Shown: positions 46,064 through 56,888, counted from the stretch's first letter. The stretch: 64,000 bases of DNA from an uncultured Armatimonadetes bacterium (GCA_963717145.1 OY970325.1:480001-544000); one strand, 5' to 3'. Notes: generated from the letters alone by a model not told the origin. A program made the numbers and translations.

Positions 46064-46861
46064 CTAGCCGAAACGCCCGGTGATGTAGTCCTCTGTCCGC
46101 TTGTCCGTCGGCGTCGTGAACATCTTATTCGATCGGTCGAACTCGATCAACTCCCCGAGGAGGAAGAAGCCCGTGAAGCCTGAGACGCGCGCCGCCTGTT
46201 GCATGTTGTGAGTGACGATGACGATGGTGATCTCCTTCTTCAGGTCGTGCATCAGTTCCTCTATCTTAAGGGTCGAGATCGGGTCGAGCGCCGACGCGGG
46301 TTCGTCCATCAGCAGGATCTCGGGCTCGACCGCCAACGCCCGGGCGATGCACAACCTCTGCTGTTGTCCGCCCGACAGCTCGAACGCGGACTTGTGCAGG
46401 ACGTCCTTCACCTCATCCCAGATCGCGGCGCGCTTGAGACTCTTCTCAACGATCTCGCGAAGCTTGCTGCGGTCCGTTATGCCATGTATCTTCGGGCCGT
46501 AAGCGACATTGTCGAAGACCGGCTTCGGGAATGGGTTGGGGCGCTGGAAGACCATCCCTATATCGCTGCGAAGATGCACGACGTCAGTGCCGGGCGCGGC
46601 GACATCGTGGCCCTCGATCCATATCTCGCCGGTGGTCCTGGCAGCGGGGATCAGGTCATTCATGCGGTTGATCGCGCGCAGGAAGGTGGACTTGCCGCAT
46701 CCGGATGGTCCAATGAGCGCGGTGATCTCCCTGAGAGGTATCTCGATGCTGACATCCCTCAGCGCGTGGGTGTCGGAGTACCACACGTTGAGGTTGCGGA
46801 CCGAGATGGCCGACTCTCGCTCCGATTCGGACGTTTCACCCGAGGGCACGTGAAGCTGCAT
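46064..46861 (-). CDS. pstB: Phosphate ABC transporter ATP-binding protein
   Basis: [56 protein letters not shown]. Confidence 0.95.
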   Translation of the reverse strand: MQLHVPSGETSESERESAISVRNLNVWYSDTHALRDVSIEIPLREITALIGPSGCGKSTFLRAINRMNDLIPAARTTGEIWIEGHDVAAPGTDVVHLRSDIGMVFQRPNPFPKPVFDNVAYGPKIHGITDRSKLREIVEKSLKRAAIWDEVKDVLHKSAFELSGGQQQRLCIARALAVEPEILLMDEPASALDPISTLKIEELMHDLKKEITIVIVTHNMQQAARVSGFTGFFLLGELIEFDRSNKMFTTPTDKRTEDYITGRFG

Positions 46862-46927
46862 CTTTTCTCCTCCGCTGCCGGTCGCCGCTACGCCGCATCA
46901 TCCGCGACACGCTCAAATGAGGCGCGC

Positions 46928-47004
46928 TGTCATTCTGAGCGAAGTGAAGAATCTGGCCAGACGATTCCTCAAACGCCAGATTCTTCACTTCGCTCAGAAT
47001 GACA
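46928..47004. repeat. TGTCATTCTGAGCGAAGTGAAGAATCT-family palindrome
   Basis: About 30-bp perfect inverted arms; partial copy at about 52479. Confidence 0.85.
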
Positions 47005-47017
47005 TGGATGATACTGC

Positions 47018-47854
47018 CTACCATTTCCTCGCCCTCCGATATCTTGTTCTGATGATCGCCGCCACCAGGTTCATGCCCAGGACCAGGATCAGCAGCACGA
47101 GCGCCGTTCCCCACTGGATTCTGGGGGACGCATTCGGCACCTGAGTCGAGATCACGTAGAGGTGGTAAGGCAGCGCCATGGCTTGATCATATATGGAATG
47201 AGGCAAATCTCGTTGGTAGAACGCCGCCACAGTGAACAGAATAGGCGCCGTCTCTCCCGCTGCGCGGCCCACTCCGAGAATGAGGCCGGTGATTATCCCG
47301 GATACCGCATTGGGCAGGACTACCTTGGCTGTGGTCTGCCACTTCGTAGCGCCGAGAGCCAGGCTTGCTTCCCGAAACGACTGCGGCACCGAGGACAGCG
47401 CTTCCTCCGATGCGGTGATGACAACCGGGAGCGTGAGAATCGCGAGTGTCAATGATCCCGACAGCAGTGACGCGCCGAAGTGGAGCAGCATCACGAAAAG
47501 CCCGAGTCCGAACAGGCCGTAGACCACCGACGGGACTCCCGCGAGGTTCACTATCGAGAGCCGGATCAGCCGTGTGAACTTGCCGGGCCTTGCATATTCC
47601 GAAAGGTATACGGCGGAGAGGACTCCCATCGGCAGGGCGAAGATGATCGTGCCGATGATCAGATACACCGTGCCGACAATGGCCGGGAAGATGCCGCCCT
47701 CGCGCATCATGTTGACCGGCGGCTGCGAGATGAACGTCCAGTTGATCGCCGGAAGTCCTCGGGAGATCAGCAGATAGACCACCGCCAGGACGGGCAGCAC
47801 CACGAAGACCGTGGAAAGGCTCAACAGCGCGAAGATGATCTTCTGCTTGAGCAT
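47018..47854 (-). CDS. pstA: Phosphate ABC transporter permease PstA
   Basis: GGIFPAIVGT, NLAGVPSVVYGLFG, REASLALGATKWQT, RAAGETAP. Confidence 0.95.
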   Translation of the reverse strand: MLKQKIIFALLSLSTVFVVLPVLAVVYLLISRGLPAINWTFISQPPVNMMREGGIFPAIVGTVYLIIGTIIFALPMGVLSAVYLSEYARPGKFTRLIRLSIVNLAGVPSVVYGLFGLGLFVMLLHFGASLLSGSLTLAILTLPVVITASEEALSSVPQSFREASLALGATKWQTTAKVVLPNAVSGIITGLILGVGRAAGETAPILFTVAAFYQRDLPHSIYDQAMALPYHLYVISTQVPNASPRIQWGTALVLLILVLGMNLVAAIIRTRYRRARKW

Positions 47855-47857
47855 CGG

Positions 47858-48754
47858 CTAGTTCCTCCGCCCGGTTCTTTGAAGCGCGAGATCGGCGATC
47901 AGATTGATCAGGAATGTCATGCCGAACAGAACGAGTCCTATGGCGAACAGCGAGTAATAGTGCGGTGTTCCCTGTGCGACCTCGCCCATTTCTGCGGCGA
48001 TGGTGGCCGTCATCGTCCTGACCGGCTGAAGGAAAGAGTGTGGGATCACCGCGGCGTTCCCGGTCACCATGAGCACGGTCATCGTCTCGCCTATCGCCCG
48101 GCCCAGGCCGAGCATTACGGCGGCGATGATGCCACTCTTGGCAGCAGGGACGGTCACGCCCGCTATCGCCTGCCACGGGGTTGCTCCGAGTGCGAGCGCT
48201 CCTCCCCCGTAATCCCTGGGGACGGCCACGATGGCATCCTCGGAGATGGATATGATCGTCGGCATCGCCATGAACGCCAGCATCACTGAGCCGGTCAGGG
48301 CGGTCAACCCCGTCGGAAGCTCGAAGATGTTCTTGATGTATGGCCCCAGGACGACCATCCCGATGAACCCGATGACAACGGACGGTATGCCCGCCAACAC
48401 CTCGACGGTCGGCTTGAGGATCTCCCGCACGCGAACCGGTGCGATCTCTGCGAGGTAGACCGCCGCCGCGATCCCGATGGGAACGGCGATCAGTATCGCC
48501 CCTGCCGTTACCAGAAGCGACCCGAGTATCAGCGGTAGGATCTGAAACTTATCGGAGAGAGGATACCAGTCTCTGCCGAACAGGAAGTTCGGGACCGACA
48601 CGTACCGGAATGTCGGCAGACCGTCCCTCAGGAGGAACGCGAAGATGAGCGCTACGATGCTGATCGTCAAGGCGCCGCACAGGAGGACGATCTTCTCCAT
48701 CGTCCAGTCACGGATGCCGGCAAGACTTCCCCTGGCTGACTTGGGAATCCTCAT
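47858..48754 (-). CDS. pstC: Phosphate ABC transporter permease PstC
   Basis: LAGIPSVVIG, PTIISISEDA, GRAIGETMTVLMVTGN, TIAAEMGE. Confidence 0.95.
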   Translation of the reverse strand: MRIPKSARGSLAGIRDWTMEKIVLLCGALTISIVALIFAFLLRDGLPTFRYVSVPNFLFGRDWYPLSDKFQILPLILGSLLVTAGAILIAVPIGIAAAVYLAEIAPVRVREILKPTVEVLAGIPSVVIGFIGMVVLGPYIKNIFELPTGLTALTGSVMLAFMAMPTIISISEDAIVAVPRDYGGGALALGATPWQAIAGVTVPAAKSGIIAAVMLGLGRAIGETMTVLMVTGNAAVIPHSFLQPVRTMTATIAAEMGEVAQGTPHYYSLFAIGLVLFGMTFLINLIADLALQRTGRRN

Positions 48755-49173
48755 CAGGCCCGTTCCCCTCGATTCACCAGCTCTTCGACTCGCGACTTGA
48801 TCTCGTCGCGGATCGCCCTTACCTCCTCGATGGGCTGCCCCTTCGGATCGTCGAGCGCCCAGTCCTCACTGGGGACCAGGATTACGGGGCAGACCGCGCC
48901 CTCAGCGGCATCCTCGAGGCTTACTCCACAGCCCATCGTGATCACGAGATCGGCGGAATCGGCCATCTCGTCGGTCATGATCTTCGGGTAGTGAGCGCTC
49001 ATGTCGTATCCGATCTCGTCCATAGCCTGGAGGACGGTCGGATTGAGACTATCGGCGGGAAGCGTCCCGGCGGACTGCGCCACTATGACTCCATCGCCGA
49101 GTCTTTTCGCGAAGGCCTCCGCCATCTGGCTGCGACCGGAGTTGTGAATACAGACGAAGAGCACTTTCTTCAT
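48754..49173 (-). CDS. arsC: Thioredoxin-type arsenate reductase (LMW-PTP fold)
   Basis: VLFVCIHNSGRSQMAE, SAGT, LVITMGCG...CP, DWALDDP, VRAIRDEI. Confidence 0.85.
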   Translation of the reverse strand: MKKVLFVCIHNSGRSQMAEAFAKRLGDGVIVAQSAGTLPADSLNPTVLQAMDEIGYDMSAHYPKIMTDEMADSADLVITMGCGVSLEDAAEGAVCPVILVPSEDWALDDPKGQPIEEVRAIRDEIKSRVEELVNRGERA

Positions 49174-49174
49174 A

Positions 49175-50056
49175 TCAGACCTTTCGGATCGGAGCGAACC
49201 CGAGCTTGTCAACGATCTTCTGGCCCTCGGCGCTCAGCGCGAAATCGAGCAGGCTCTTGACCTCGCCTTCGGGCTGGCCCTTTGTATACCAGTAGAGTGG
49301 GCGCGAGATGGGATAGGTATGGTCGATTGCGGTATCGATGCCGGGCTCGACGAACGGCCCGGCGTCGGTCTTGCCAATCGCCAGTGCCTTGTGCTTCTTG
49401 GGATCGACATAACCGAGCCCCACATAACCGATGTCGGTTGTGTCCGTTGCCACCTGGGTTGCCAGGGCCTCTGAAGAGGGCATCATCAGAGTGCTCTTGG
49501 CAAACTCCTCCGGCCCCTTGTCATGGCCCTTTCTCACGACATGCTCCAGGAAGAAGACATGCGTTCCACTGTTCTTCTCACGGGAGAGCACCACGATCTT
49601 CTCATTGCGGCCGCCGACCTGCTTCCAGTTGGTGATCTTGCCGGTGAAGATATCGGAGAGCTGATCGATGGTCAGCTTGCTCACCGGATTCGTGGGATGA
49701 ACGATGACGCTGAGAGCGTCGAGTGCGACTTCGTGCTCCATCGGCTCCACGCCGTGCGTCTTTGCCAATGCGAACTCCTCATCCTTCATCGCTCGGGAGG
49801 CTTCGGCGATATCGGTCGTGCCCTGAATCATCGCTGCTATGCCTGTGCCCGATCCGCCGCCGGTCACCGCCACATTGGATTCGGGATGAGCCTTCATGTA
49901 AGCTTCGGCCCATGCCTGGCCGAGGTTCACCATCGTATCGGATCCCTTGATCTGAACCATCCCGGTGCCCTTCGACGAAGGTTTGGCACATCCCGCAAAC
50001 ATCACAATCGCTGCAAACGACAGGACAGCAACAATCATCGCAATGGTAGCGCGCAT
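49175..50056 (-). CDS. pstS: Phosphate-binding lipoprotein
   Basis: Lipobox FAGC; IKGSDTM, GGGSGTG, SREKNSGT, YPISRPLY. Confidence 0.95.
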   Translation of the reverse strand: MRATIAMIVAVLSFAAIVMFAGCAKPSSKGTGMVQIKGSDTMVNLGQAWAEAYMKAHPESNVAVTGGGSGTGIAAMIQGTTDIAEASRAMKDEEFALAKTHGVEPMEHEVALDALSVIVHPTNPVSKLTIDQLSDIFTGKITNWKQVGGRNEKIVVLSREKNSGTHVFFLEHVVRKGHDKGPEEFAKSTLMMPSSEALATQVATDTTDIGYVGLGYVDPKKHKALAIGKTDAGPFVEPGIDTAIDHTYPISRPLYWYTKGQPEGEVKSLLDFALSAEGQKIVDKLGFAPIRKV

Positions 50057-50103
50057 CTACAATTCCCCTTTCCTTAACTCCAGGGCGAACGCATCAAAAC
50101 ACG

Positions 50104-50200
50104 ACGATGCTTCGGTAGCAGAGCGAAGTGGCGCTGCCGAAGCGGATGTACCGGCATGGAGCTTCGGCAGCGCCACTTCGCTCTGCTACCGAAGCATCGT
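50104..50200. repeat. Long palindrome upstream of pstS
   Basis: About 40-bp perfect arms ACGATGCTTCGGTAGCAGAGCGAAGTGGCGCTGCCGAAGC. Confidence 0.85.
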
Positions 50201-50283
50201 ACTCCCGAGTCGAGATGATTAGATGCGTTCGCCCTGTCTCAACTCTAGATCCTCTTGCCTCTTACCCAGTCTACCGGGCGAAC

Positions 50284-50323
50284 CTTACAAAACGCTTACA
50301 TGCCGATTGTCGCCCGCCTAACA
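50284..50323. promoter_or_regulatory. Candidate pho box upstream of pstS
   Basis: CTTACA repeated at an 11-bp period (50284, 50295), weaker copy at about 50318. Confidence 0.45.
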
Positions 50324-50346
50324 TTTGCGTTTCAGCAGGCCTCGGC

Positions 50347-51636
50347 TCAGAAGATGGTTATCATCTCAACACGCAAGCCGTTGTTGTCCACTGAGTTCTT
50401 CTCTTCGTTGTTGATCTCATAGAAGAGCTTGAGCCTCGTGGCTTCGTCCAGGAATCGAACGAGTCCCAGGTTCCATGTGCCGAGCTTACCGAACGTAGGG
50501 TGCAGTGCCCTGTCGTCGAGCAGATCGTACTGGGCTACGGCCTGGAGGTTCGGGCTTATGTTCTTCACCCCAACAAGATACCACCCGCTGACAGTGCGAT
50601 TCGTTCCCGACGTGGCATTGGCCGTGGTCGAGGTGTTCGAGAAGTACGGCTCCTTGCCGGACACGTATTCGCCCTTGATCGATGCGTCCTCCATGAAGTA
50701 CTGGAAGTCGAGTCCCAAACGCGTTTGGTCCACCTCTACGGCCGACGGGTCATTGGAGACCTTGCGCACCGCCTGGGTCCCGCTGAAGATCGAAGCCCCC
50801 ACATTGAGGTTCTCGCTAACCGGGTATCGCAACCGTCCGACAATGGTCTTGTTCGAGTTGTTATCCTCGAACCTCCCGCCGTTCTCGAGGAACGCGCTGC
50901 CGGCATCTCCCGCCTTGATGCCCGTGCCGTTGAACAGTCCGAGTGCCCAGTCGAGCTTGCTGGGTTCCGGGTTGATGAGAGCTATGCCCTTGTCACGTTC
51001 CCCGGCGAAGAGACCATTGAACGATGGGTAGCCCGACATGCTTACGGAAGTGCCCCCGAAGATCTTCGGACGCTCGGGTACTTCGCGGGCAGATGATGAA
51101 CGCTCGATCACGTAACCGAACGGCCAGTTCTGCTGTCCGAGCCTGACGAAGAATGGCCCCGGCACTCCCACGCCCCAGGGGTGATATTCGACATAGAGGT
51201 CCTTGGTCTCGATCTTGGCTCTGTCGTAGCCGGCAATGTCCAGTTGAATGACGCCGACAGTGTTGGATGTGGGTTGGCCGGTGATCTTGAAACGGCCACG
51301 GCGGACATAGAACCTGTTGTCCGGAGCCTTGTTGTCTGCCTTCTCGGCCACTCCATCCGGAGTCTGATAGGATTCATATCGAGCCTGCACGTACCCGGAG
51401 ACCTTGATCTTCTGACCCGCGGGCCTCGCGTTCTCGGTGGCCTCCTTCGTGGCCGACTGAGCTTTCTCCAGATCGTCGAGCCTCTTCTGCAGATCCTCTA
51501 CTTGCTGCCTGATCTCCGCGATCTCTGCGGTCAAATCCTCCTGTGCCTGCGCGATGGTGCTTCCCACGCAGAACATGCCTGCTATCAGGCACATAGCGAC
51601 TGCAATCCTTCTCACGCCATCTCTCCTTTCCGGCAT
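50347..51636 (-). CDS. Phosphate-selective porin (OprO/OprP-like) with N-terminal coiled coil
   Basis: KVSGYVQARY, FYVRRGR, RLGQQNWPFG, alternating beta-strands, terminal Phe; pho locus context. Confidence 0.75.
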   Translation of the reverse strand: MPERRDGVRRIAVAMCLIAGMFCVGSTIAQAQEDLTAEIAEIRQQVEDLQKRLDDLEKAQSATKEATENARPAGQKIKVSGYVQARYESYQTPDGVAEKADNKAPDNRFYVRRGRFKITGQPTSNTVGVIQLDIAGYDRAKIETKDLYVEYHPWGVGVPGPFFVRLGQQNWPFGYVIERSSSAREVPERPKIFGGTSVSMSGYPSFNGLFAGERDKGIALINPEPSKLDWALGLFNGTGIKAGDAGSAFLENGGRFEDNNSNKTIVGRLRYPVSENLNVGASIFSGTQAVRKVSNDPSAVEVDQTRLGLDFQYFMEDASIKGEYVSGKEPYFSNTSTTANATSGTNRTVSGWYLVGVKNISPNLQAVAQYDLLDDRALHPTFGKLGTWNLGLVRFLDEATRLKLFYEINNEEKNSVDNNGLRVEMITIF

Positions 51637-51676
51637 TGTGACTTCCTTGCGTTCGAGTAAAGCATAACTGGGGCAG

Positions 51677-51715
51677 TTTACACAATGCTTTCACCGCGCT
51701 TGTCTGTGTCTTAAA
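51677..51715. promoter_or_regulatory. Candidate pho boxes in the porin/phoB divergent promoter
   Basis: tttaca, ctttca, cttgtc, cttaaa at exact 11-bp spacing. Confidence 0.4.
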
Positions 51716-51785
51716 GGTGGATCGGCATCACCGCCGGGTGTTGCAGAATACCCTGTGCGGCTGTACAATGCCTTGGGAGGCGCGT

Positions 51786-52463
51786 ATGGCGAAGGTCCTG
51801 ATAGTCGAAGATGAAGCCCCGCTGGCCGAGACGATTGCCTACAATCTCTCCGAGGAGGGGTACAAGGTCTGTATCGCGGCCGATGGGCCGTCGGCGTTGA
51901 AGATGATGGAGCAGGAGAAGCCTGACCTTGTGCTCCTGGACATCATGCTCCCCGGCATCGACGGGCTGGAGGTCTGCCGATTGATCCGCCGCACGTCGAA
52001 CATCCCCATCCTGATGCTGACCGCCAAGTCGAGGGAGATCGACAAGGTGGTCGGGCTGGAAGTCGGCGCGGACGACTACATAACGAAGCCATTCGGGATG
52101 CTGGAACTGATCGCGCGCATCCGAACCGCGCTGCGCCGCTCGATGCAGGGCGCTCAGCCGCAGAATGTCCTCGCGGCCAATGGAGTCGAACTCGATGTCG
52201 AACGCCGGGCCGTCAAGATCGAGGGGAAAGAGGTGCATCTGCGCCTCAAGGAATTCGAGCTGCTTCACATCCTGCTCGCAAATCGGGGACGGGTGATGGA
52301 GCGCTCAGTCCTCCTCGATCGAATCTGGGGAGAGGACGAGTACATCGACGCGGGAACCGTCGATGTCCACATTCGGCGGCTCAGGGAGAAAGTGGAGGAG
52401 AACCCCTCCAGGCCCGAGCGGATACTCACCGTTCGAGGAGTTGGCTACAAGTTCGCGGAATGA
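51786..52463 (+). CDS. phoB: OmpR-family response regulator PhoB/PhoP
   Basis: LIVEDE, LLDIMLP, MLTAK, GADDYITKPF, TVDVHIRRLR, TVRGVGY; pst context. Confidence 0.85.
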   Translation: MAKVLIVEDEAPLAETIAYNLSEEGYKVCIAADGPSALKMMEQEKPDLVLLDIMLPGIDGLEVCRLIRRTSNIPILMLTAKSREIDKVVGLEVGADDYITKPFGMLELIARIRTALRRSMQGAQPQNVLAANGVELDVERRAVKIEGKEVHLRLKEFELLHILLANRGRVMERSVLLDRIWGEDEYIDAGTVDVHIRRLREKVEENPSRPERILTVRGVGYKFAE

Positions 52464-52531
52464 GATAGACAACGAGTGTGTCATTCTGAGCACATTACTG
52501 CACTGCATGCAGTTTGTTCCCTTGGGAAACC

Positions 52532-52646
52532 ACCGTCAGTCCTGAGTTCGCCGGTGAATGACGGCGTGTAACGAAGGACGGCCTTACTGCACCGAGCCGT
52601 CCTTCGTTACACGCCGTCATTCACCGGCGAACTCAGGACTGACGGT
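52532..52646. repeat. Long palindrome between phoB and phoR
   Basis: About 51-bp perfect arms ACCGTCAGTCCTGAGTTCGCCGGTGAATGACGGCGTGTAACGAAGGACGGC. Confidence 0.85.
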
Positions 52647-52665
52647 TGGCAATCTGGAAACGACC

Positions 52666-54525
52666 ATGAAGCCATTTCGAAGTATTCGATGGAAAATCAC
52701 ATTCGCGTACCTGCTCGTCCTGGCATCCATCGCAGTGCTTGGCATCTATCTGTCGCGGTGGACCGAGGACTACTACGTGTCGTCACTCCGGGGGGAACTG
52801 CTCAGGGAGTGCCGCTTCGTGGGGAAGCTCGCCGAGCCGCTGGCAGCATCCGGGCCGAGAGCAGTCGATCCCCTCGCCAAGCAGGCGGGTACGGAGCTTG
52901 GACGCCGCGTCACGATCATCGACGTCAATGGTCGAGTGCTTGGCGACAGTGAGACCGATTACGCCACGATGCAACCCCACAACAATCGCCCGGAGGTCCG
53001 ACAGGCCCTCGCATCCGGGTCGGGATGGGCGATCCGATACAGCGACACCCTGCACATCAGGATGCTCTACGTCGCCGTTCGAGTTGGAGGGCAGAAGACT
53101 CTCGGGGTCGCACGGCTTGCCGAGGACTTGTCGCTTGTCGATAAGGCGACAGGGATCATCCACAGGGTGTTCTTCATGGCGGCCCTGCTCGTGTTCCTGA
53201 TCGCCGTGTTCGTCGGAGCGATGATCTCCAGGCACGTCTCAGCGCCCATCTCGTCCATGAGTGTCGCCGCCAGGAGATTCGCTCGGGGTGATCTCGATTG
53301 GCGGCTGGATGTACCTGGTGAACCAGGGAATGAGATCGACGAACTGGGCATCACGCTGAATCGAATGGCCGCCGAGCTTCGTCGCGCCATGGACGAGCTT
53401 GCTGCCGATAAGGGTAAGCTGCAGGCGATCCTCGACAAGGCGGACGACGGGATTGCCGTCGTGGACGCGAACGCCCGCGTGGAGATGCTCAACCCCGCGG
53501 CGTCGGGTCTACTCGGCGCGGACATCAGGCAGGTTCAGGGCAAGACCGTCATCGAGGCCACTCTGAGCCATGACATCTCCGAGTTGGTGACACGTGTCCT
53601 TCGTAACGGCGCTCCCGCAACACTGGAAGTTCAGCTCCGGGCGACGGAGCAGGCCTACGTGAATGTATATGTCGCCCCGCTGGAGCGACCCGACGGCCCG
53701 CCCGGCGCACTGATCGTTATGCACGATCTGACCGCCGCAAAGCGCATAGATTCCATACGCAGGGACTTCGTGGCGAACGTGAGCCATGAGCTGAGAACCC
53801 CGCTCGCCTCGATCAAGGCCATGGCCGAGACGATAATCCTCAGAGGGAAGACTGATGCCAAAGTCGCAGGCGAGTTCGCAGAGAAGATCATGACAGAAGC
53901 GGATCGGTTGACCGCCATCTCCGAGGACCTCCTCGATCTGGCGACGATCGAGTCCGGATGGCGCGCGATTCGGAGGGACGAGTTCCGAATCTCGGAGTTG
54001 GTCGGCCGGGTTGTATCCGAGTGCGCGCCGAGAGACGGAGAGATGCGGCACGAGGTCGTCGTCGATATGGCGGACGACCTGGTTGTGCATGGCGATCGGG
54101 ACGCGATCCACCAGGTTCTGGCGAATCTCATCGACAATGCGGTGAGATACACTCCCCCCGGCGGCCGAGTCACCATCTCAGCCGGGGTGGGGGACGGCCG
54201 GCTCTCGATTGAGGTGGCCGACACTGGGATCGGCATCCCGGCCGAGGACCTCCCGCGCATATTCGAGCGCTTCTACCGCGTAGACAGGGCCCGGTCGAAG
54301 GCATCGGGCGGAACGGGCCTGGGCCTCTCGATAGTAAAGCACCTCACCGAACTCATGGGCGGAACGGTCTCCGTCACGAGCGAAGTCGGCAAGGGAAGCA
54401 CCGTCACCGGTCACCCTCCCGATGGGCTAGACGAGTCCTGCCTGACTCCTCCTCCGGCCTGGAGATCACCCACCCGACTCGCAAGACCTCCCGTCTCTAC
54501 CGGCACGGAGTACAGGGAGGAATGA
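52666..54525 (+). CDS. phoR: Phosphate regulon sensor kinase PhoR (true end probably about 54430; +1 frameshift at about 54409)
   Basis: H.NRPEV, HAMP, PAS, RRDFVANVSHELRTPL, NLIDNAVRYT, FERFYRVDRARS, GGTGLGLSIVKH. Confidence 0.9.
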   Translation: MKPFRSIRWKITFAYLLVLASIAVLGIYLSRWTEDYYVSSLRGELLRECRFVGKLAEPLAASGPRAVDPLAKQAGTELGRRVTIIDVNGRVLGDSETDYATMQPHNNRPEVRQALASGSGWAIRYSDTLHIRMLYVAVRVGGQKTLGVARLAEDLSLVDKATGIIHRVFFMAALLVFLIAVFVGAMISRHVSAPISSMSVAARRFARGDLDWRLDVPGEPGNEIDELGITLNRMAAELRRAMDELAADKGKLQAILDKADDGIAVVDANARVEMLNPAASGLLGADIRQVQGKTVIEATLSHDISELVTRVLRNGAPATLEVQLRATEQAYVNVYVAPLERPDGPPGALIVMHDLTAAKRIDSIRRDFVANVSHELRTPLASIKAMAETIILRGKTDAKVAGEFAEKIMTEADRLTAISEDLLDLATIESGWRAIRRDEFRISELVGRVVSECAPRDGEMRHEVVVDMADDLVVHGDRDAIHQVLANLIDNAVRYTPPGGRVTISAGVGDGRLSIEVADTGIGIPAEDLPRIFERFYRVDRARSKASGGTGLGLSIVKHLTELMGGTVSVTSEVGKGSTVTGHPPDGLDESCLTPPPAWRSPTRLARPPVSTGTEYREE

Positions 54526-54535
54526 CCCTTTTATT

Positions 54536-54711
54536 GTGCCTGTCCCCATTTCTCCCTGTGAATATCCGTGCCTGTCCCCATTTTTCAGTCGACCCACTCT
54601 CCCACTCCCCATTCCGCATTCCGCATTCGAGTACGGCATGACGATATCGAGTCAGATCATTGACGGTTCTATAAATATCCGTGCCTGTCCCCATTTCCTG
54701 TCCCCATTTCC
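54536..54711. repeat. GTGCCTGTCCCCATTT direct repeats at the pho/Rhs boundary
   Basis: Copies at about 54536, 54568 and 54681, plus a partial copy at about 54697. Confidence 0.8.
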
Positions 54712-54719
54712 CGTCGATT

Positions 54720-55085
54720 TCACCCTGAGCGTGATGCCGAGCCTGCCCTCCAACAGCACAGCCCGAACAGCGCAATAGCGCTGATCGCTAGAACGGCAAA
54801 CCATGCCTTTGGAAGCAGAACCGAGGGCGAGACTATCATGGCAGCAATTAAAGTCGGCCGCACGATTTCCCGCAATGTGACTCTCTCCCTGTCGGGTCCA
54901 AATCGCTGCAGTACATACTGAACGGCCACCAGGAAGATCGTGATCGCTAGCGCCGTCGCAGGCACAAGCTGCCACCATAGCAACTGACGTGTCGCATCGA
55001 TGAATGCGAAGAAGACCCATATCAGCACAAGGATGGCTGCCGCTCCCCACATATCCTGCCACCTCAGTTTCGATCCGCTGTTCAT
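54720..55085 (-). CDS. Small multi-TM protein, putative immunity to orphan Rhs-CT2
   Basis: Directly downstream of CT2; GGAGG RBS; 3-4 hydrophobic helices. Confidence 0.6.
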   Translation of the reverse strand: MNSGSKLRWQDMWGAAAILVLIWVFFAFIDATRQLLWWQLVPATALAITIFLVAVQYVLQRFGPDRERVTLREIVRPTLIAAMIVSPSVLLPKAWFAVLAISAIALFGLCCWRAGSASRSG

Positions 55086-55164
55086 GCACATCCTCCCGAC
55101 CGGGAGTCGCCATCTACCCTAGGCCACGGCTCCCGTTGATGACCGATCCACGCCAGCATAGTGT

Positions 55165-56888
55165 TTACAATTGTAGAAGCTTGCGGTAACACTTGTACGT
55201 ACATACTGCCACCGCTACCTCAGCCACCAAGACGCATACCTGTGCACCGGAGGCACCTCCTCTCGTCGCGACGAGAGCCTTCCAGAACTTCTTGGCAGCT
55301 TCACAGAGCACCTTGGCGCAGCCCAGTGTGCCAAGCCAACTCCCTTGCCCGGCCTTGAAGCATTTCACGACAGCCGCTGTACCAGCTGCTGCCCACGTTG
55401 CCACGTCCTTCAATTTTAGGTAATCCGCTAGGCAATTGAGGTATTCCTTTTCGTAGTCCCAGTAGGAGCCGGAATGGAGACCTCTCGGATCGACCAGCAC
55501 TGTTGGACGGTTATCAGCATAGGCAAACCAGTTCCATCCATCCTTGATTGGGTCCCTCTGCGTGAACCGCCCGGTCTCGGGATCGTAGAACCTCACCCCA
55601 AGCTGGAGTAGGTCGAGGTTGTCATCCTGGTAGTGAGTGTAGTACCCAAGCTGCCCGACGTACTGGTAGGGCTGCTCGGTCGAGCCGTAGATATGGTACG
55701 TGTTTCCCCACGCGTCATACAAGTACACGTCGGTCATGTCGCCGGCGGCATCCGTGATCAGGTGGGTCGATCCCAACTCATCGAAGTAGTAGTACAGAAC
55801 CGGCGGCGCCTCGCCTGAGCCTTCGACCCGCGCGATCAACTCTCCTCCCGGTTCGCGCACGTAGTAGAACGAGCCGTCCGCCGGTGTGATCTCTTCCACG
55901 ACCGCCGGTATCCCCGCCGTCGTGTCATACACGAACTCGGTCGTCGCGTCGTCCTCTGAGCTTGTGAAGCTCACGCGGTTCGAGTCGGCATCCCAAGCCA
56001 TCTCAGTGGGATAGCTAGCCCCGACGTGGGTCACCGATTCGAGCAACTCTGCTGCCGTATACGTGTAGGTCTTCTGGAGGGTTCCGCCACTGCTCTTCTG
56101 CTCGTGCAGACTTCCGCTCGGGTAGTAGGTATACTGATGCTGAGTCGGCCACGTGACGAGCTTGTCGGTCGCATCATACGTCATCGGGTTCGACGGCGGA
56201 TACTTCCGGTTCCCGACCCAGTCGTAGTTGTAGACCGTGCCGCTGGAGTTCGACAGCCGGTTGTTCGCATCGTAGGTGTACGAACTCGTCGTCCCCCAGT
56301 CTACGTCTATGTAACTCGGATTCCCCGAGTCGTCTCGCTGCTGATACTCGACGGACGCGATCGCAGTCGCGCCATCGTAATGCGTGATCGCCTGTACGAG
56401 TGAGCGAGGGTCGGTCGCCCCGAAGTCGTAAGTCGTGCTCGTGCCGTTGACCAGATCGACCCGCGTGCGGTTGCCGATCTCGTCGTAGGTGTACTTCGCA
56501 AGCCAACTGTTGCCCTTGTCGACTTCCTTCAGCCAGCCGTTCGCATAGTAGAGGTAGTCCACATCGAGCTTGGGGGTGCCGCTCTGCTTCAGGGTGACAT
56601 TCGTCTTCTGCCCGAGGGCGTTGTATACATACCCGATCTCGCGGTTCGAGGGCGCTGCCGGTGTATAGGTCACAAGCCGGTCCTGAATGTCGTAGTCGTA
56701 GCCGGACTCACCGTTGGAGTCCGTCATCGTGTCCCGAAGCCGGCTCCCGCCGACGTATGCGTAGGATACATCGGGGCTGGTGATGGCCGCGACAGGCCAG
56801 GAGCCATGCTGGTAATCCACCTTCCTGAGACGGTTGAGTGCGTCATACTCATACGCGGTGACCGGTCGACTTGCGCCCACTCGCTTGC
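55165..56888 (-). pseudogene. Orphan Rhs core fragment plus CT2
   Basis: Core nearly identical to the main Rhs; RFYDPETGRFTQRDP...DPRG; N-terminally truncated. Confidence 0.85.
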
